Assembly (NCBI GenBank): GCA_009103225.1
Contig: RHPI01003156.1
Coordinates: 864,159-928,158, forward strand
DNA length: 64,000 nucleotides
Direction of reading: 5' to 3'
DNA from: Chlorokybus atmophyticus
Taxonomy: Eukaryota > Plantae > Mesostigma and Chlorokybus algae
Shown here: positions 26,201 to 37,885 of the stretch, piece by piece
How the letters are laid out: each line of letters starts with the position of its first letter
How positions within the stretch are numbered: position 1 is the stretch's first letter
The notes under the pieces: model-generated
What the model saw: the letters and a program-made list of their open reading frames with translations, nothing else
Database searches by the model: none
What the model was told of the DNA's origin: nothing
Translations under genes and position numbers: made by a program

Positions 26201-28533
26201 TCTCAACGCCTACGGACAGAGGCACTGCTGCAGTGGGAAGTGCACCGCCCACTGGTGCAGATTCGGTAGAGATGGCGGCTGCTGCCAGTGTGCTCACCAG
26301 CGTCGGCGTCACGGTGCCCACCGGTGTACCAGGTTGTGGTGCAACTGGAGTGGGTACCGCTGACGTTGGTGGAGCCGACGTTGTAGCCGGTGTGGCTGTT
26401 GCTACGGAGGCAGCACCACTGGTGGCTTCGGAGGAGGTGCCTGCTGATGTTGTTGCAGCTTCCCCTCGTGCTCGTCGTGATGGTTGAACGCGGGACGGAG
26501 TGTTCCTGTCTCTCTCGCGTTTTGCAGCCATCAGCGCCCATCGGGCAGCGTAGCAGGCGCGGTAGTCCTGCTCCTTGTCTTCCTCCAAGCGCGCCATACG
26601 CGCCATGAGGGCTGCCATATGGTCATCAGCTGGTGGGTTGGCTGAAGCCTTGGCGGCAACAGCAGCAGCGCGCGGACGTGTCTCTGGTCCCTTACGCTGA
26701 GGAGGTCTGTTCTTCCCCCTGTAGCCTTGCTCTTCCTTGCGAACACTGGCGTTGTTGTTGTTGTTACTGCCACCAGCGTTGTTGCTGTTGTGGGCTCCAG
26801 TGTTGTTGCTATTGTAGCCACTGAAGTGGTTGCCAGTGTGGCCCCCAGTGTTGTTGCTGTTGTAGCCACTGAAGTTGTTGCCAGTGTGGCCTCCAGTGTT
26901 GTTGCTGTTGTAGCCACCGAAGTAGTTGTGGTTGTAGCTGTTGGCGGGCCTCAACTCTGGGAACTTGAGCCAGCAGACTGACTCCAAATGACCAGTCTTG
27001 TGACAGTGGTCGCAAACCAAAGTTGAGTATTCTTCGGTGCACTCCTTTTGGTAGTGCCCATGCCGTCCAAAGCGATGACACAGCACAGGGGCAGCAAGTG
27101 CAGCATGAGCTGACCGTTTCCCTTTGTCGCGTGCTGGTGGAGCGTCCCGGCCACGGTCGCGGCGAGGAGGCTCAGTTGTCGTGCTGACTACAGGCCGTAC
27201 GGCGCTGCGGTTGGTGTCCAGCACTGCCTTCTCATACACCAAGCGCTTGTGGATGGCTTGTGCAGTCTCGAAGGCTTCTTTGAGGGTGTAGCCAAGGGGC
27301 CTGCTGTAGTTCAGAGTCAGGCGTGTCGACTCGCTCAGAGCAGCATCCAACTCATTGACGTATATTACTGCAGCAGCCTCCTCACTGACAATCTTGTAAT
27401 CAGTGTCCTTCAGCAGACCTTCCAGTCTGGAGTACAAGCGGAGGGGATCCTCATTGGGCTTGCGTCGGAAGCGTCTCAGCTCCTCAACCTTGCTGGTGGT
27501 CTGAGGAGGGAAGGTACGGCGCAGGGCAGCGTACAGGTCCTTGAGTGGAGAATCAGAGATGGCAGCACCTACGGTGATGGCTGGTGCGCGCAGTGNAGCT
27601 GGTGCGCGTAGTGCTACTGACCCGAGGGTGAAAGCGCTGCCTCCTGCACGAGAGCCAGGTGTTGCTGGAGGTAGAGGAGTACCCCACTCTGCGGCTGCCG
27701 CTTGCTGTACAGCTCTTTGTTCCTCAATGATGATGGCAGAACGGTCAAGGATGCGGACTCGACGTGTGGCCTCCTTGGACTCAACTTCTGCAGGGGTCAA
27801 GTTGACAAGTACCAACTCTGGTTCCTCCTCCTCTGCCTGCTTGAGAGCTGCAGCTATGGTCAAGCCTGTTACTGCAACTGAAGTGGCAGGTGGAACGACA
27901 CCTGCTGGACGGTGCAGGGATGNTTTTGGACTCAACTTCTGCAGGGGTCAAGTTGACAAGTACCAACTCTGGTTCCTCCTCCTCTGCCTGCTTGAGAGCT
28001 GCAGCTATGGTCAAGCCTGTTACTGCAACTGAAGTGGCAGGTGGAACGACACCTGCTGGACGATGTAGGGATGCAGACGCTATGGTGCTGGCAAGCTCGC
28101 CATAGCCGTCTACTCGATGCAGTTCAGCAACGGACTTCCAGACATCGTGTGCTTCATAATCAAGATACTGAGCAGCAATGTGGAAAGAGATCTCATCTGA
28201 CCAGTCTTTGTTCTTCAGTGCTTGCTGCCGCATCTTTGAGTGGAACTTGATGATGAACTCATCCAGCGAGGTGGTGCCGGCACGTCCGGAGAAGCGCAGG
28301 GATGTGGTTGAACTGGAAGATTCCATCTCGTTGTCGTCGCTGTCCGATGATAGTGGAGAAGCTGGATGACGAGGAGTAGAGTGGAGCGGGGTGAAGCTGG
28401 AGATGGAGCGCGAGCCTCTGCTGCTGCGGTCGATGCTTCCGTCACTGGTCCGCTCGTAGGTGAGGTTGGTGGTTGGGCTCCAACTGCTGAGGTCACCCTC
28501 GTCTATTGGGGAGAACGGGGTGGGCCTGCTCAT
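20239..28533 (-). pseudogene. Disabled polyprotein: Gag (2 zinc knuckles) - unassigned domain - protease - Dnmt3-like remnant - RT - RNase H - integrase - PHD finger
   Basis: Zinc knuckle CDHCHKTGHLESVC; protease VMLDTGA..DLLLG; RT RMCGDYRPLN, LDMRQGYNQ, MPFGLKNAP, YIDDIL; RNase H HTDWSK..YKGECLAAVW; integrase H..FG..CQQC, WGLDILG, ITDQGTEF, QADGLAER; PHD at the C-terminus. In-frame TGA stops at 26052 and 23922, TAA at 22096, frameshifts near 22890 and 22320. Confidence 0.9.
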
Positions 28534-28734
28534 ACAGCTGGTCCAGAGGTGAAAGGGTAGAGTGCTTGTGCTCTACCGTCTATCCTGATGCTGTTACCAC
28601 CCAACACACTAGTGCTTGTGCGCACTATGTGATGACAATGATAACGAATGCCCAGCGATGTATCCCTGGGTGCAGACTGCACTATCTGATGCAGATTGCA
28701 ACACACTCACTTGTGCAAAGAGGGTGACACTGTA

Positions 28735-29397
28735 AGTCAACAAGCCACTACGATAGGTAGTGCTGTGGACACAGTTCTTTGCATGAGTGGATAGAATGAT
28801 ACACTGTTAAGTGAGGTGAATGAGTGTGCAACACGTGGATACAACACCCTGACTACTAAAACAACACACCACCGTCAAGCTCACAGCAATGGCAGGCACA
28901 GCGCACAAGAGCATGCACCGTGTCTCACGCAGTAAGGGAATTCTTGGCAACCGGGGCAGCGTGCTTCCAGTTCAAGTCGCTTCACAAGCTCTTTAGAAAC
29001 AGAGTCTTTACTTCTTAGTACTCCTAGTACTCACAGTACTCACTTACAGTGTCACCAGCCAGTCTGGTGACGTGACTTCCTACTTATACATGTCAAATCA
29101 TGACTGTGCAGTGCCACGCGGGCACTAGGCCAACGGTCACATCGAGGCCTCATGCTATTTCGGAAATCTCCTAAGACTTGATATAGCACATGTGTTCTTA
29201 ACAGACTTGCAACTGATCAGCTACGCGCGGTCCCTACAGACAGGTCTATAAAGTAGCCCTAGCTACATGCTACATGAGTGATACAGTAGCTAGCAGTAGG
29301 CTGGGGCTCGCGCGGTCTTCATGCTGGTAGCCCGGGCGTGGGGCTGGGTGTAGGCATGCTTGAGAAGAACTGGCATGCGAGGGTAGATGGCATGACA
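28735..29397 (-). repeat. Repeat A1 (663 bp), 5' terminus of the element
   Basis: Starts TGTCATGCC on the minus strand and ends ...TCGTAGTGGCTTGTTGACT; not followed by the rest of B. Confidence 0.93.
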
Positions 29398-31337
29398 ACA
29401 CCAATTGGCGTCAAACGACCAAGAATGGTCCGTACCCTCAGACCGGCGTTTTCCCCTGCCAATTAAATTCTGTAAACCATTTAAGGTTCGACTGTCATTG
29501 ACAATCGGACCATGCATAATCCAAACTCCTCATGAATGGTACCAAGATTTTCATGGGTCGCACTATGTATGACCCGGCGTTTTTTGCTCGCGTCAGGACC
29601 AGCTAGCGTTCGGGCAGCGGACCAGGGACCAGATTATAAACTTTTTACATGTAATCATCACTGGTCCGGACAGAGTATCTTGACCGAAACATCAAAGTAT
29701 AACAATCAAATTTGAGGCTAAAATCCTTGAAAGTGGCTTGATCTTATGCTGACGGCACTGATCACGCTGCGCGACTCACGCACCTACGTCGCACAAGGCT
29801 GCAGCATTTTAGAGATGATTTTGCAAGAACACAAGCACGCACAAGGATTTGACCCTACAACCTCTAACATTGAAACGACGCCCTAACTACAAAGCCACAA
29901 GTGCACGTACCGGTAGAATTGGCAACATGCCGACGGCCACTTGGCGACTGTCGATTGATATGCCCATATTATGCATGGGCTAAGCTAAAAGTTGAGCCCA
30001 TGCAGTGCATGCTATAAACATGCAAAGGCTGTGCAAGTATCACCTTATGAAAATTCGAAATGGATGGACATCCGCAACTCCGCGGCTGCTAGAATAATTA
30101 AATACACCATTTAGTTGGGGGGCTATCTAAATGTGCCGGGAATCGTGTTACGGGCTGTCAATGACAGCCCGTTTCTAAGATGAATAGAAACATACATATA
30201 CACATGTACACACATGCATATGTATATATGTGTGTGTATATATACACATGTGTGCGTACGATGTCATGTAACATGCACAGTACATATATACCTTGAATAT
30301 AAGTATATATGTATGTATCACGTTGGCATCGCAGCGCCGGCCCTTTAACGGCTAGTAAAAAGGCAACTGCATGGTTGGGGTCTGTTAATAAGTTTGTTGT
30401 GCCACAAAGGGCTATCATTAAAATGCTACTTGTGTCATGACTACATTTCATATATTATATAACACATACAATGTTAAGCGCATGTGAAGATGCAACACTT
30501 GCGTAAAATATCAACATATTAACAATCCAATTTTTAAAAATTTATAACCGCCTTATACACAGCAATCCACCCGATGATGCGCGAATCGAAAGTTATATAT
30601 ATCGATCACATGACGTTTTTGTAATAATGTTCATTTATGTATGACGTACATATATATCAATGCATGTCACGAGAACATTCCTATGTATATAATATATACT
30701 CGCAACTTCGTGCACATGCAATTATTATGGTTATAATAGTTGCAAAGATAGCCCCTTAAAGCTCATTAATTGATAACTGACAGCCCGGCTGTCAATTGGC
30801 CGCCGACCATTTGCGACTGTCCACCTGTCGGTGAGCACTTTTCGACAGTCTGAGCGGCCTGTTAAGAAGTTCATACGGACCAGCAAAGTTACTGGTCCAT
30901 GCCGCACCTTATATGGTACAGTCTAACCTCGATAAGTGCATACCATTGGGAACACCTCTTTCTATGCACTTGTTGCGGATATGCACTTACGCTGCCTTAT
31001 ACCATCAGTAAAGTGCATTGGTGTCGGGCAAAACCATGCACTTGTTGCGGATATGCACTTATCGAATATGCACTTATCGAGGTTAGACTGTAGCAAACGG
31101 ATTGGGTACGGTGCACGACAGCAGGGACCGCACGGCCGCGGAACCGTACCTGATGCAATTCATAAACCAGCGTGGCTAACCAGTCCATGCCGCACCATAA
31201 TTGGTGTGGCTTAGATTATGTTTGGTACGCGCCAGCACACCAAGCATTGGGGTCCTGAACGGACCAGGAACGGTCCGTCCCCCGCGGACCAGGCGGTCCT
31301 AGCCCGCGTATCTGGTCCTCGAATGTCAAGCCGTGTG

Positions 31338-33661
31338 CACCAACTATAGCAAGCTCGGGATGGGAGCCGTGCCGGTATAGCACGATGAGAACAAAAAGGA
31401 GCGGGTAGTGTCATACGCAGCGGAAGCAACAACAGCAGCTACGAGGGAGAGTGCCTCGCTGCAGTTTGGGCAATCTCCTTCTTCCGGCCATTCCATCTCG
31501 GCCGCCAGTTTCACTTGATCACCGACCATCAGCCACTCAAGTGGTTGATGACCAACCCACACATGACATGCAAACTTGCCCGTAAGGCCTTGCCCGTTGG
31601 GCCTTGCTGCAGGAGTATAACTTTGAGATCGACCACAACGCTGGCCTTACCATTAAAGACGCCGATGGACTCAATCGTAACCATCACCTCAGCACCAATA
31701 ATGCAATCGGAGCTTGGCATGAGCTCCTACAGTGGCTCCCCATATTTGCTGCCGCCGCGGTACGCTCAGGGCGCAAGACCGACACTACTGCCACAGCAAC
31801 AGCTTAGGAGATACTTGAGCCAATCGGTCCCCGCAATGAACACACCCGGAGGAGACACTCGCGTTGTCGAAATCGAGGTTAATGACATAGAGATGGCACC
31901 CACCGACACCAGGCATGACATATGGCTGGACAAGCCATCCCTCTCTCCTTTAAATTGGCCAGCTTCCCGCCGGCATGAGTGCGCGTGAGAAGGACCGCAT
32001 CAACCAGCGCACTCAGCACTATCGCTGGGCAAATGACAAGCTGTATCGCCGTCTCCATGGTGAAGATAAGGAGGCCGACACCAGCCACATGCGAGGGCAT
32101 CGGCACTGCCCTTCACACGGAGCTTGGACACTTTGGTGTTAAGTAAACGGTCAGCCTTGTAAGGGCACAATATTGGTGGCATGGTTGTACAAGCAGGTGC
32201 AAGAGTTTGTAAGTTGCTGCCATTAGTGTGACATGGTGCACGCCAGCCTTAACACGTGCAGCGCCACATGGCACCCTTTCCCCATCTCCGATCTCTTCAA
32301 TCGATGAGGGCTCAACATCTTGGGAGACTTGTCACCCTCAGCATGCGGCAACCGCTACATCCTTGTGATGAGCGAGCACTTCCCAAGTGGGTGGAGCTGG
32401 TGCCACTGCCCAACAAGAGCAGCAGGGGTGTCTCATGTCCTCAGCCAATTCGGCAGCTGCGCTGAGGTCATCACCGATCAAGGCACTGAGTTCAGAGGAA
32501 AGTTTGACACCCTTTTGGACAGGTGCTACATTGATCATCGCAGTACCTCACGTGACCACTCTCAAGCCGCTGGTCTTGCCGAGCGCACGGTGCATACCAT
32601 CAAAAGAGCATTGCGCAAGTACATGCTGGAGTATGCTGGAGTATGAGAAGAACACCTGGGATGACCACCTCCCATGAATGGCCCTCAGTTAACCAGCTGT
32701 CAAAGCAAGCAGCTCTGCGCGAGCACAGCCCGTATTACTTGCTGTTCGGGCGACCGTCGTTGCTTCCCTTTCGTGCACAGCAGGAGGTGGATCGTGTGGT
32801 GAACACACCTCAACGACCCCGACTGGATGCACCACGACATTACCACGCCCGCATCACTGTTTAAGCTCACCGTCCCAATGGCCTTTAACAACTTGCGCAT
32901 TGCGCAGCACCGCGTCACACTGCGCTACGAGCGCGTGCTTGGTGGCTTCTACAAGAAGCGTCAATGTCGGTTTCAAGCAGGGGACTTTGCCTACCGCATG
33001 AAGGCCACCAAAAACACGCTCGACACTTTCATTAGCCGCACTATCTACACGGTACTCAAGGTGTACCCCACAGAGGTGCTGGACCTCCTCGGCCAGAACG
33101 GCGAGAGGTTGAACTTTAACCGACGCCAATGGCAACATGAATTGCGCGCCATGTCACCTCTGTTATGTGGATGGCTTCGGGCGCATTAAGCACCCCCGCC
33201 CGGCCCGCAGCACACGTTGTGAGCGCTGTGGTAATGCCGACGACGACCTGCTTATGATGCTGTACAATAGCTGTAATAAAGGGCTGTATCGCTCCTGCTT
33301 GGAGCCCCCCTTGGGTAAGGTACCGGTGGAGGAGTATTGGTGCGATTACTGCCGCACCAACAGACCTCCACACTTGCGCTAGAAGCTAAGCTCTGGTGCT
33401 GGAAGCTTCTCAGAAGCTCAGGGGGGTGGCTTGTTGATTGTGTGCCCTACAGCACAGCATGTGCACTATAGTGGAGCACAACTCCCCAAGTCCGTATTAC
33501 TCAGCAGTGGACAAGCTCCACCAAGCATTTATCCCATGAGAGCTGATTTACCTTTGCTGTTGTCGACATGCTATTGTATGCTGCAGTAGCATATTTAGCG
33601 AGCGTGTCTTCTTTTACAGCTATCTGAGACAGCGTGACCCTCGACTCTCCCCGGCCCGACA
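31338..33661 (+). mobile_element. Degenerate sister copy of the PHD-Gypsy family, right part (RNase H, integrase, PHD, PPT, B-like terminus)
   Basis: SKLGMGAV..KKERVVSY; VITDQGTEFRG; QAAGLAER; decayed PHD CERCGNADDDLLMML..YWCDYC; G-run PPT ending at 33426, then TGGCTTGTTGA (33427), ending GGCCCGACA at 33661. Confidence 0.88.
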
Positions 33662-35502
33662 AGAACGCATTAATTTGAGGGCTAACATAGAGCTGTTGTA
33701 ATGCACAGCTGAAGCCGTATGTGGCGTCAGTTTTGTCTCAGGTGCGTGATGGCTCATTGAAACTTGTTGCATTAAAAACTACCATGGTGACCCACACAAT
33801 CTTCACAAGCTGGTAATGAAGTACTAACACATCATGAGGACAGTGCTAGCATCGTCGCTTATTAATACATATGGTGAACAACAATTAACCTTATATTTTG
33901 CAGTCTATCGTAGTTTTGAAACAGTGTAATATTAAAGCTGCTAAGTCCATGATTAGCAATGAGCTGTTAGCCAATCGAGTACTTGTAGCTATGTTATAAT
34001 TCATTTGTACTCAGATTTTACAAACAATGAACTTGCAAATCTTAGGCTTTGCAAATTGCTACTTGCTATGTGAAGTTAAGGCAGCAATAGCTGCGGTGTG
34101 TGCACACATCACATGTGTATGTGTGTGTGCACACATAATCAAAGCATCTTGAACAATGTCATCTTAAAACGTGTATATGCATCCGGTTGCAGCAGCAAGT
34201 GGTACGTGTAACAAAAACGCCACTCACCGGCGGACAAATTAATGCGACTTGATAATGAGCATTGTGTTTGCATTCGTTTGAGGGTTATTGTGTGTTGGTT
34301 GGAGGGTTATGCAAAATTTCCGAACAATGCATATCGACATGTATGTATATAATTTATGTCATGAATAAATACATTGCGTCACTGAGTCAGACTTTAATTA
34401 TGGTGATTGCGCATGCAACATCCCAAATCATGATGTGCAAATCTCTCTACATCAAGCGTGAACTCAAGCCAATATTGTATGAATGAAATGTTGGTTAATA
34501 CATGTTTTACCATAATACACTTCCTTTCAGCTCATCACACATTTCAAATTCAAAGCAAGTTGCCATTATAGAGCGCAAATTGCAATAGCATTTTAATCCA
34601 ACAAATACTTGGCTAATTCAGATACAAAATCGATCCATGCATTCTTCTTGAGTGCACATAACATGTTGCAATGCTATTGATGTATGACAATGCATGTCGA
34701 TAAAGGACAATGTTTGCCATACAATTACGAAAGTGACTACAAATAATGTGGTTTCAACATTCTTGTTGATCACTTTCCATTTTCCTTATGTATGCATGGC
34801 ATGTTGCAATGTCAACCATTGTTTGTGACGAATAACACTTGAGACAAACTTCGCCATGCCATGGCGAAAGTATGTGACGGGAATGATGTTTTAAGATGGT
34901 AATTGGTATATACTTGGACAATGCCCCTTTTAGCTATCAGAGACCCTCCCGCCTCAATGTTAAATGCATTATACCAAGACTTAATGCTTTACTAATAGAG
35001 GTGATGGGAGGCTTTGATTAAGGGGGGTTGTGTACGGGTACCTACGGGTTCCTGCCATACAGCAGTCATACAGTAGTGTGACTTAAGGATAGTTTTAAAT
35101 GACTTAAACTGTATTGTTAATTATTATTTTTGGCCCTACCAACACTAGTTGAATGTTTATTAGTTGATCACTCTATAAAAGAAAAAGGTTGGACTGATTT
35201 AACTTGTAAAAGTGAGGTACATTGTATACGGTAATGTATGTTGTTGACAAGACCTCAATTGTTTGTTGAATTGCCAAGCTTGCTCTCACATTGCATGCAG
35301 TTGCCTTGACACGCCAGGTACAGTACCAGGTATTCCTTTATGCAAGCCGTCTGTTCGTTTCAATTTCAATCAGTGCCGTCGACCAGCACACGGACGGCTG
35401 CGATCGCGCCGCCGGTCATACTCAGGCGGCGAGTTAGGGTTGTAGTGGGTCTCTTTGGCGGCGACGGCGGCGGCGGCGGGGGTCTCCGTCTAGCCGGCCA
35501 CG

Positions 35503-37015
35503 ATGGTGAGCGGATCCGGAGTGTGCGCTCCCGTGGTAGTGGTGGACGCCAGGCATCATATGCTGGGCCGCCTGGCGTCAATCGTCGCCAAGGAGTTGCT
35601 CAATGGCCAGAGGGTTGTGGTCGTCCGCTGCGAGGCTATCGCCGTCTCTGGCGGCCTTGTCCGCCAGAAGCAGAAGTACCTGCGCTTCCTCAGGTGCGGC
35701 AGCTGCGCATTGTGTTGGCGCTGGTTGAGCGTGTGTGTGGACTGGTAGCGGCGTTTTGTGCAGCAAGCAATCTTTTAGGGTTTTGTAAGTTTGAGAGTGC
35801 TGTGTCATCACCATACGCATGTACTTGCGCGTAGTATTTTGGTAACTTTTGTATTTGAGGTTCTCGGCCTGGAGTGTGTACGCTTTGCAAGGCTCGCGGT
35901 CAGCAATGCCGCAAAATTTAGAGCAGGGGCTCCGCTCGCAAGCATATACAGAACATCTGCTGCTGTGGCATGTTGTTAGCTACACTTCCCGCTGCGTTTG
36001 TATAAAACAGATTTGATCGAGTTGGCGGCATTGCTGTCGGCTTATGCGCTCTGGTTGCGACTGGCGCGGCAATTGTTTCGCATTAGTTTTGGTTGCAGAG
36101 CGCCGGCAGAGTAGCCGTACTTGATTGTTATGATTATCGCTATAATCTCAGTGGGGTCGAAATAGGTATCCTTCCAATCGGGAGCTCCCTGGTGTGTTAT
36201 TGGTTGCTGCACGTTTTCATGCAGTACTGGCGCAAATTTTGTGCTTGAGTTGGTTGTTTCTTCTCCATGCTCTTTTGCTGAACTGCGTGTGACGCATTGC
36301 AGGAAACGCATGAACACAAACCCCTCTCGCGGCCCGTACCATTACCGCGCCCCAAGCAGAATTCTGTGGAGGACACTGCGCGGCATGATGCCCTACAAGA
36401 CTCCCCGCGGTGCTGCTGCCCTCGAGCGCCTTCAGTGCTACGAGGGTGTGCCTCCTCCCTTTGACAAGGTGCGATTATCTACTTGCCGCATATCTAGCAT
36501 CAGCAATTTATGCATCAGCCTTGTATACAGGTTGTCAAATAGGGTTGATTGGAATGTGTTTGCACCATCACTGTCACCTCGGTGTCTTCCATGCACGTGT
36601 TTGTCAATCATGCACCATTAGGTACTAAGTTGTTGACAGCAAATCGAGCAATGGTGCTCAATTGTTCAGCATTCTAAACAAATGGGCTCTACAATCAAGA
36701 AGCGTGATTTCAGGTCGCACTTGCTAACGTGTCTGGGGATGTTTTTTGCAGAAGAAGCGCATGGTCATTCCCGATGCCCTGAAGGTGCTGCGGCTGCAGC
36801 CAGGCCACAAGTTCTGCCTTTTGGGACAGCTGTCTGCGGAGGTTGGCTGGAAGTACGGTGAGGTTGTGGAGGAGCTGGAGGCCAAGCGCAAAGCCAAGTC
36901 CGCTGTCTTCTACCAACGCAAGAAGGAGCTCACCAAGCTCCGCAACCAGGCCATCGCTACCGCCTCAGACCAGCTCAAGGACATCCAGCCCATTCTCGCC
37001 CCTGTTCAGTACTAG
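35503..37015 (+). CDS. RPL13A: 60S ribosomal protein L13a (uL13), exons 35503-35693, 36303-36468, 36752-37015
   Basis: [68 protein letters not shown]; canonical GT-AG junctions that keep the frame. Confidence 0.97.
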
Positions 37016-37885
37016 ACTTGACTCTGTCTGCTGGCAACTATTGCAATGCTGTACAATTTGTCGTTCTGCCTTTTTGAGGAATATTGCTGCGCAATGGGCA
37101 AGTGCAGTGCTTCTCAAGTTATGTTGCAAGAATGCCGTGGCTGACAGCGTAAGTGACTGCCTCGCTACATGCATGACTGAGTGACTACATGGGGTCGCCA
37201 TTGTGTGGATGTGCTGCACATTATGTGTATGTATATTCGTGAGTAAGATGATATTTGCTAGCAAACTCAGTTTTGCTGCTTCGATAGTAAGACTTACAAG
37301 TGATGGATTTTACCAATTGTGTACGATCCAGTGGTTTATATGCCACCACTATGGCATTGAGGCCATGATGTGAGGGTGTAGATGTGTGCCACTGCGTCCT
37401 AGCAAGCCTTGTGTGTGGTCCCCGACGATCTACACTTGTGTGCTAGTGACTGAATAGAGCCACATGGATTATTGTCGTCGTTGTCATCGGTGTAAGCACT
37501 CGGGTCGTTCTTGTTGTGACCAGCAAATCTCTACCCCTACCTTTGCCCCCGTGTGCTGCTCTGCAGGACATAGCAACCAGCCTGCTTAGGTAGAGCTGCT
37601 GCGTTGCTCTTCTAGTCCACATCGCAATGCCACGCACGACGCCCTGCATGACGAGGTGTCTATCATGTTCTACGGGAGGCGGGACACCCGGTCAGCAGGA
37701 AGCGCTCTGGTTTCACGCCGATCTTACCATGGGAGGTGCAAGGACGCCGATTGGACCTGGTTGCTTCGAAGCAGGCCACCAACGCCTATTACTTGACACT
37801 ACTATTACCACATGCGACGCTCAGCCGGGAGGAGCGCGCATGGCGGAATTGGCTTAATGTCTGTAAGTGTGGCGACCACGCCGCG

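Larger units (their letters stand above)
19063..29397 (-). mobile_element. Ty3/Gypsy-like retrotransposon with DDE integrase and split direct repeats (A-internal-B-GC-A-B)
   Basis: Minus-strand termini TGTCATG...CACGACA. 4-bp TSD ACAC at 19059-19062 and 29398-29401. Internal gag-PR-RT-RH-INT order; PPT AGGGGGGG at 20193-20200; repeats listed separately. Confidence 0.9.
19058..31337. mobile_element. Non-autonomous DNA transposon-like element (CACTA/EnSpm-like); body at 29398-31337, split from its left tip by the retrotransposon
   Basis: Removing 19063-29401 leaves cac|CACACCAATTGG...AAGCCGTGTG|cac: CACAC/GTGTG termini and a 3-bp CAC duplication (a 5-bp GCACC TSD also fits). The host RNase H frame rejoins (PFILRT/NYSKLGMGAV). 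Many subterminal GGACC/GGTCC motifs at both ends; AT-rich non-coding interior. Confidence 0.65.

Noticed and set aside
27776-28071. ~147-bp tandem duplication breaking the gag frame
   Set aside because: The copies are separated by a single N (27923), and a smaller N-linked duplication sits at 27596; most likely scaffolding artefacts.
19063-29397. DIRS/PAT/Ngaro tyrosine-recombinase element
   Set aside because: The repeat layout fits, but the coding region has a protease and an rve DDE integrase, I found no R-H-R-Y recombinase, and there is a TSD.
35694-36302. Intronic C/D snoRNA in RPL13A
   Set aside because: Only an imperfect C box (ATGATTA) and a distant CTGA, with no terminal stem or recognisable rRNA antisense element.
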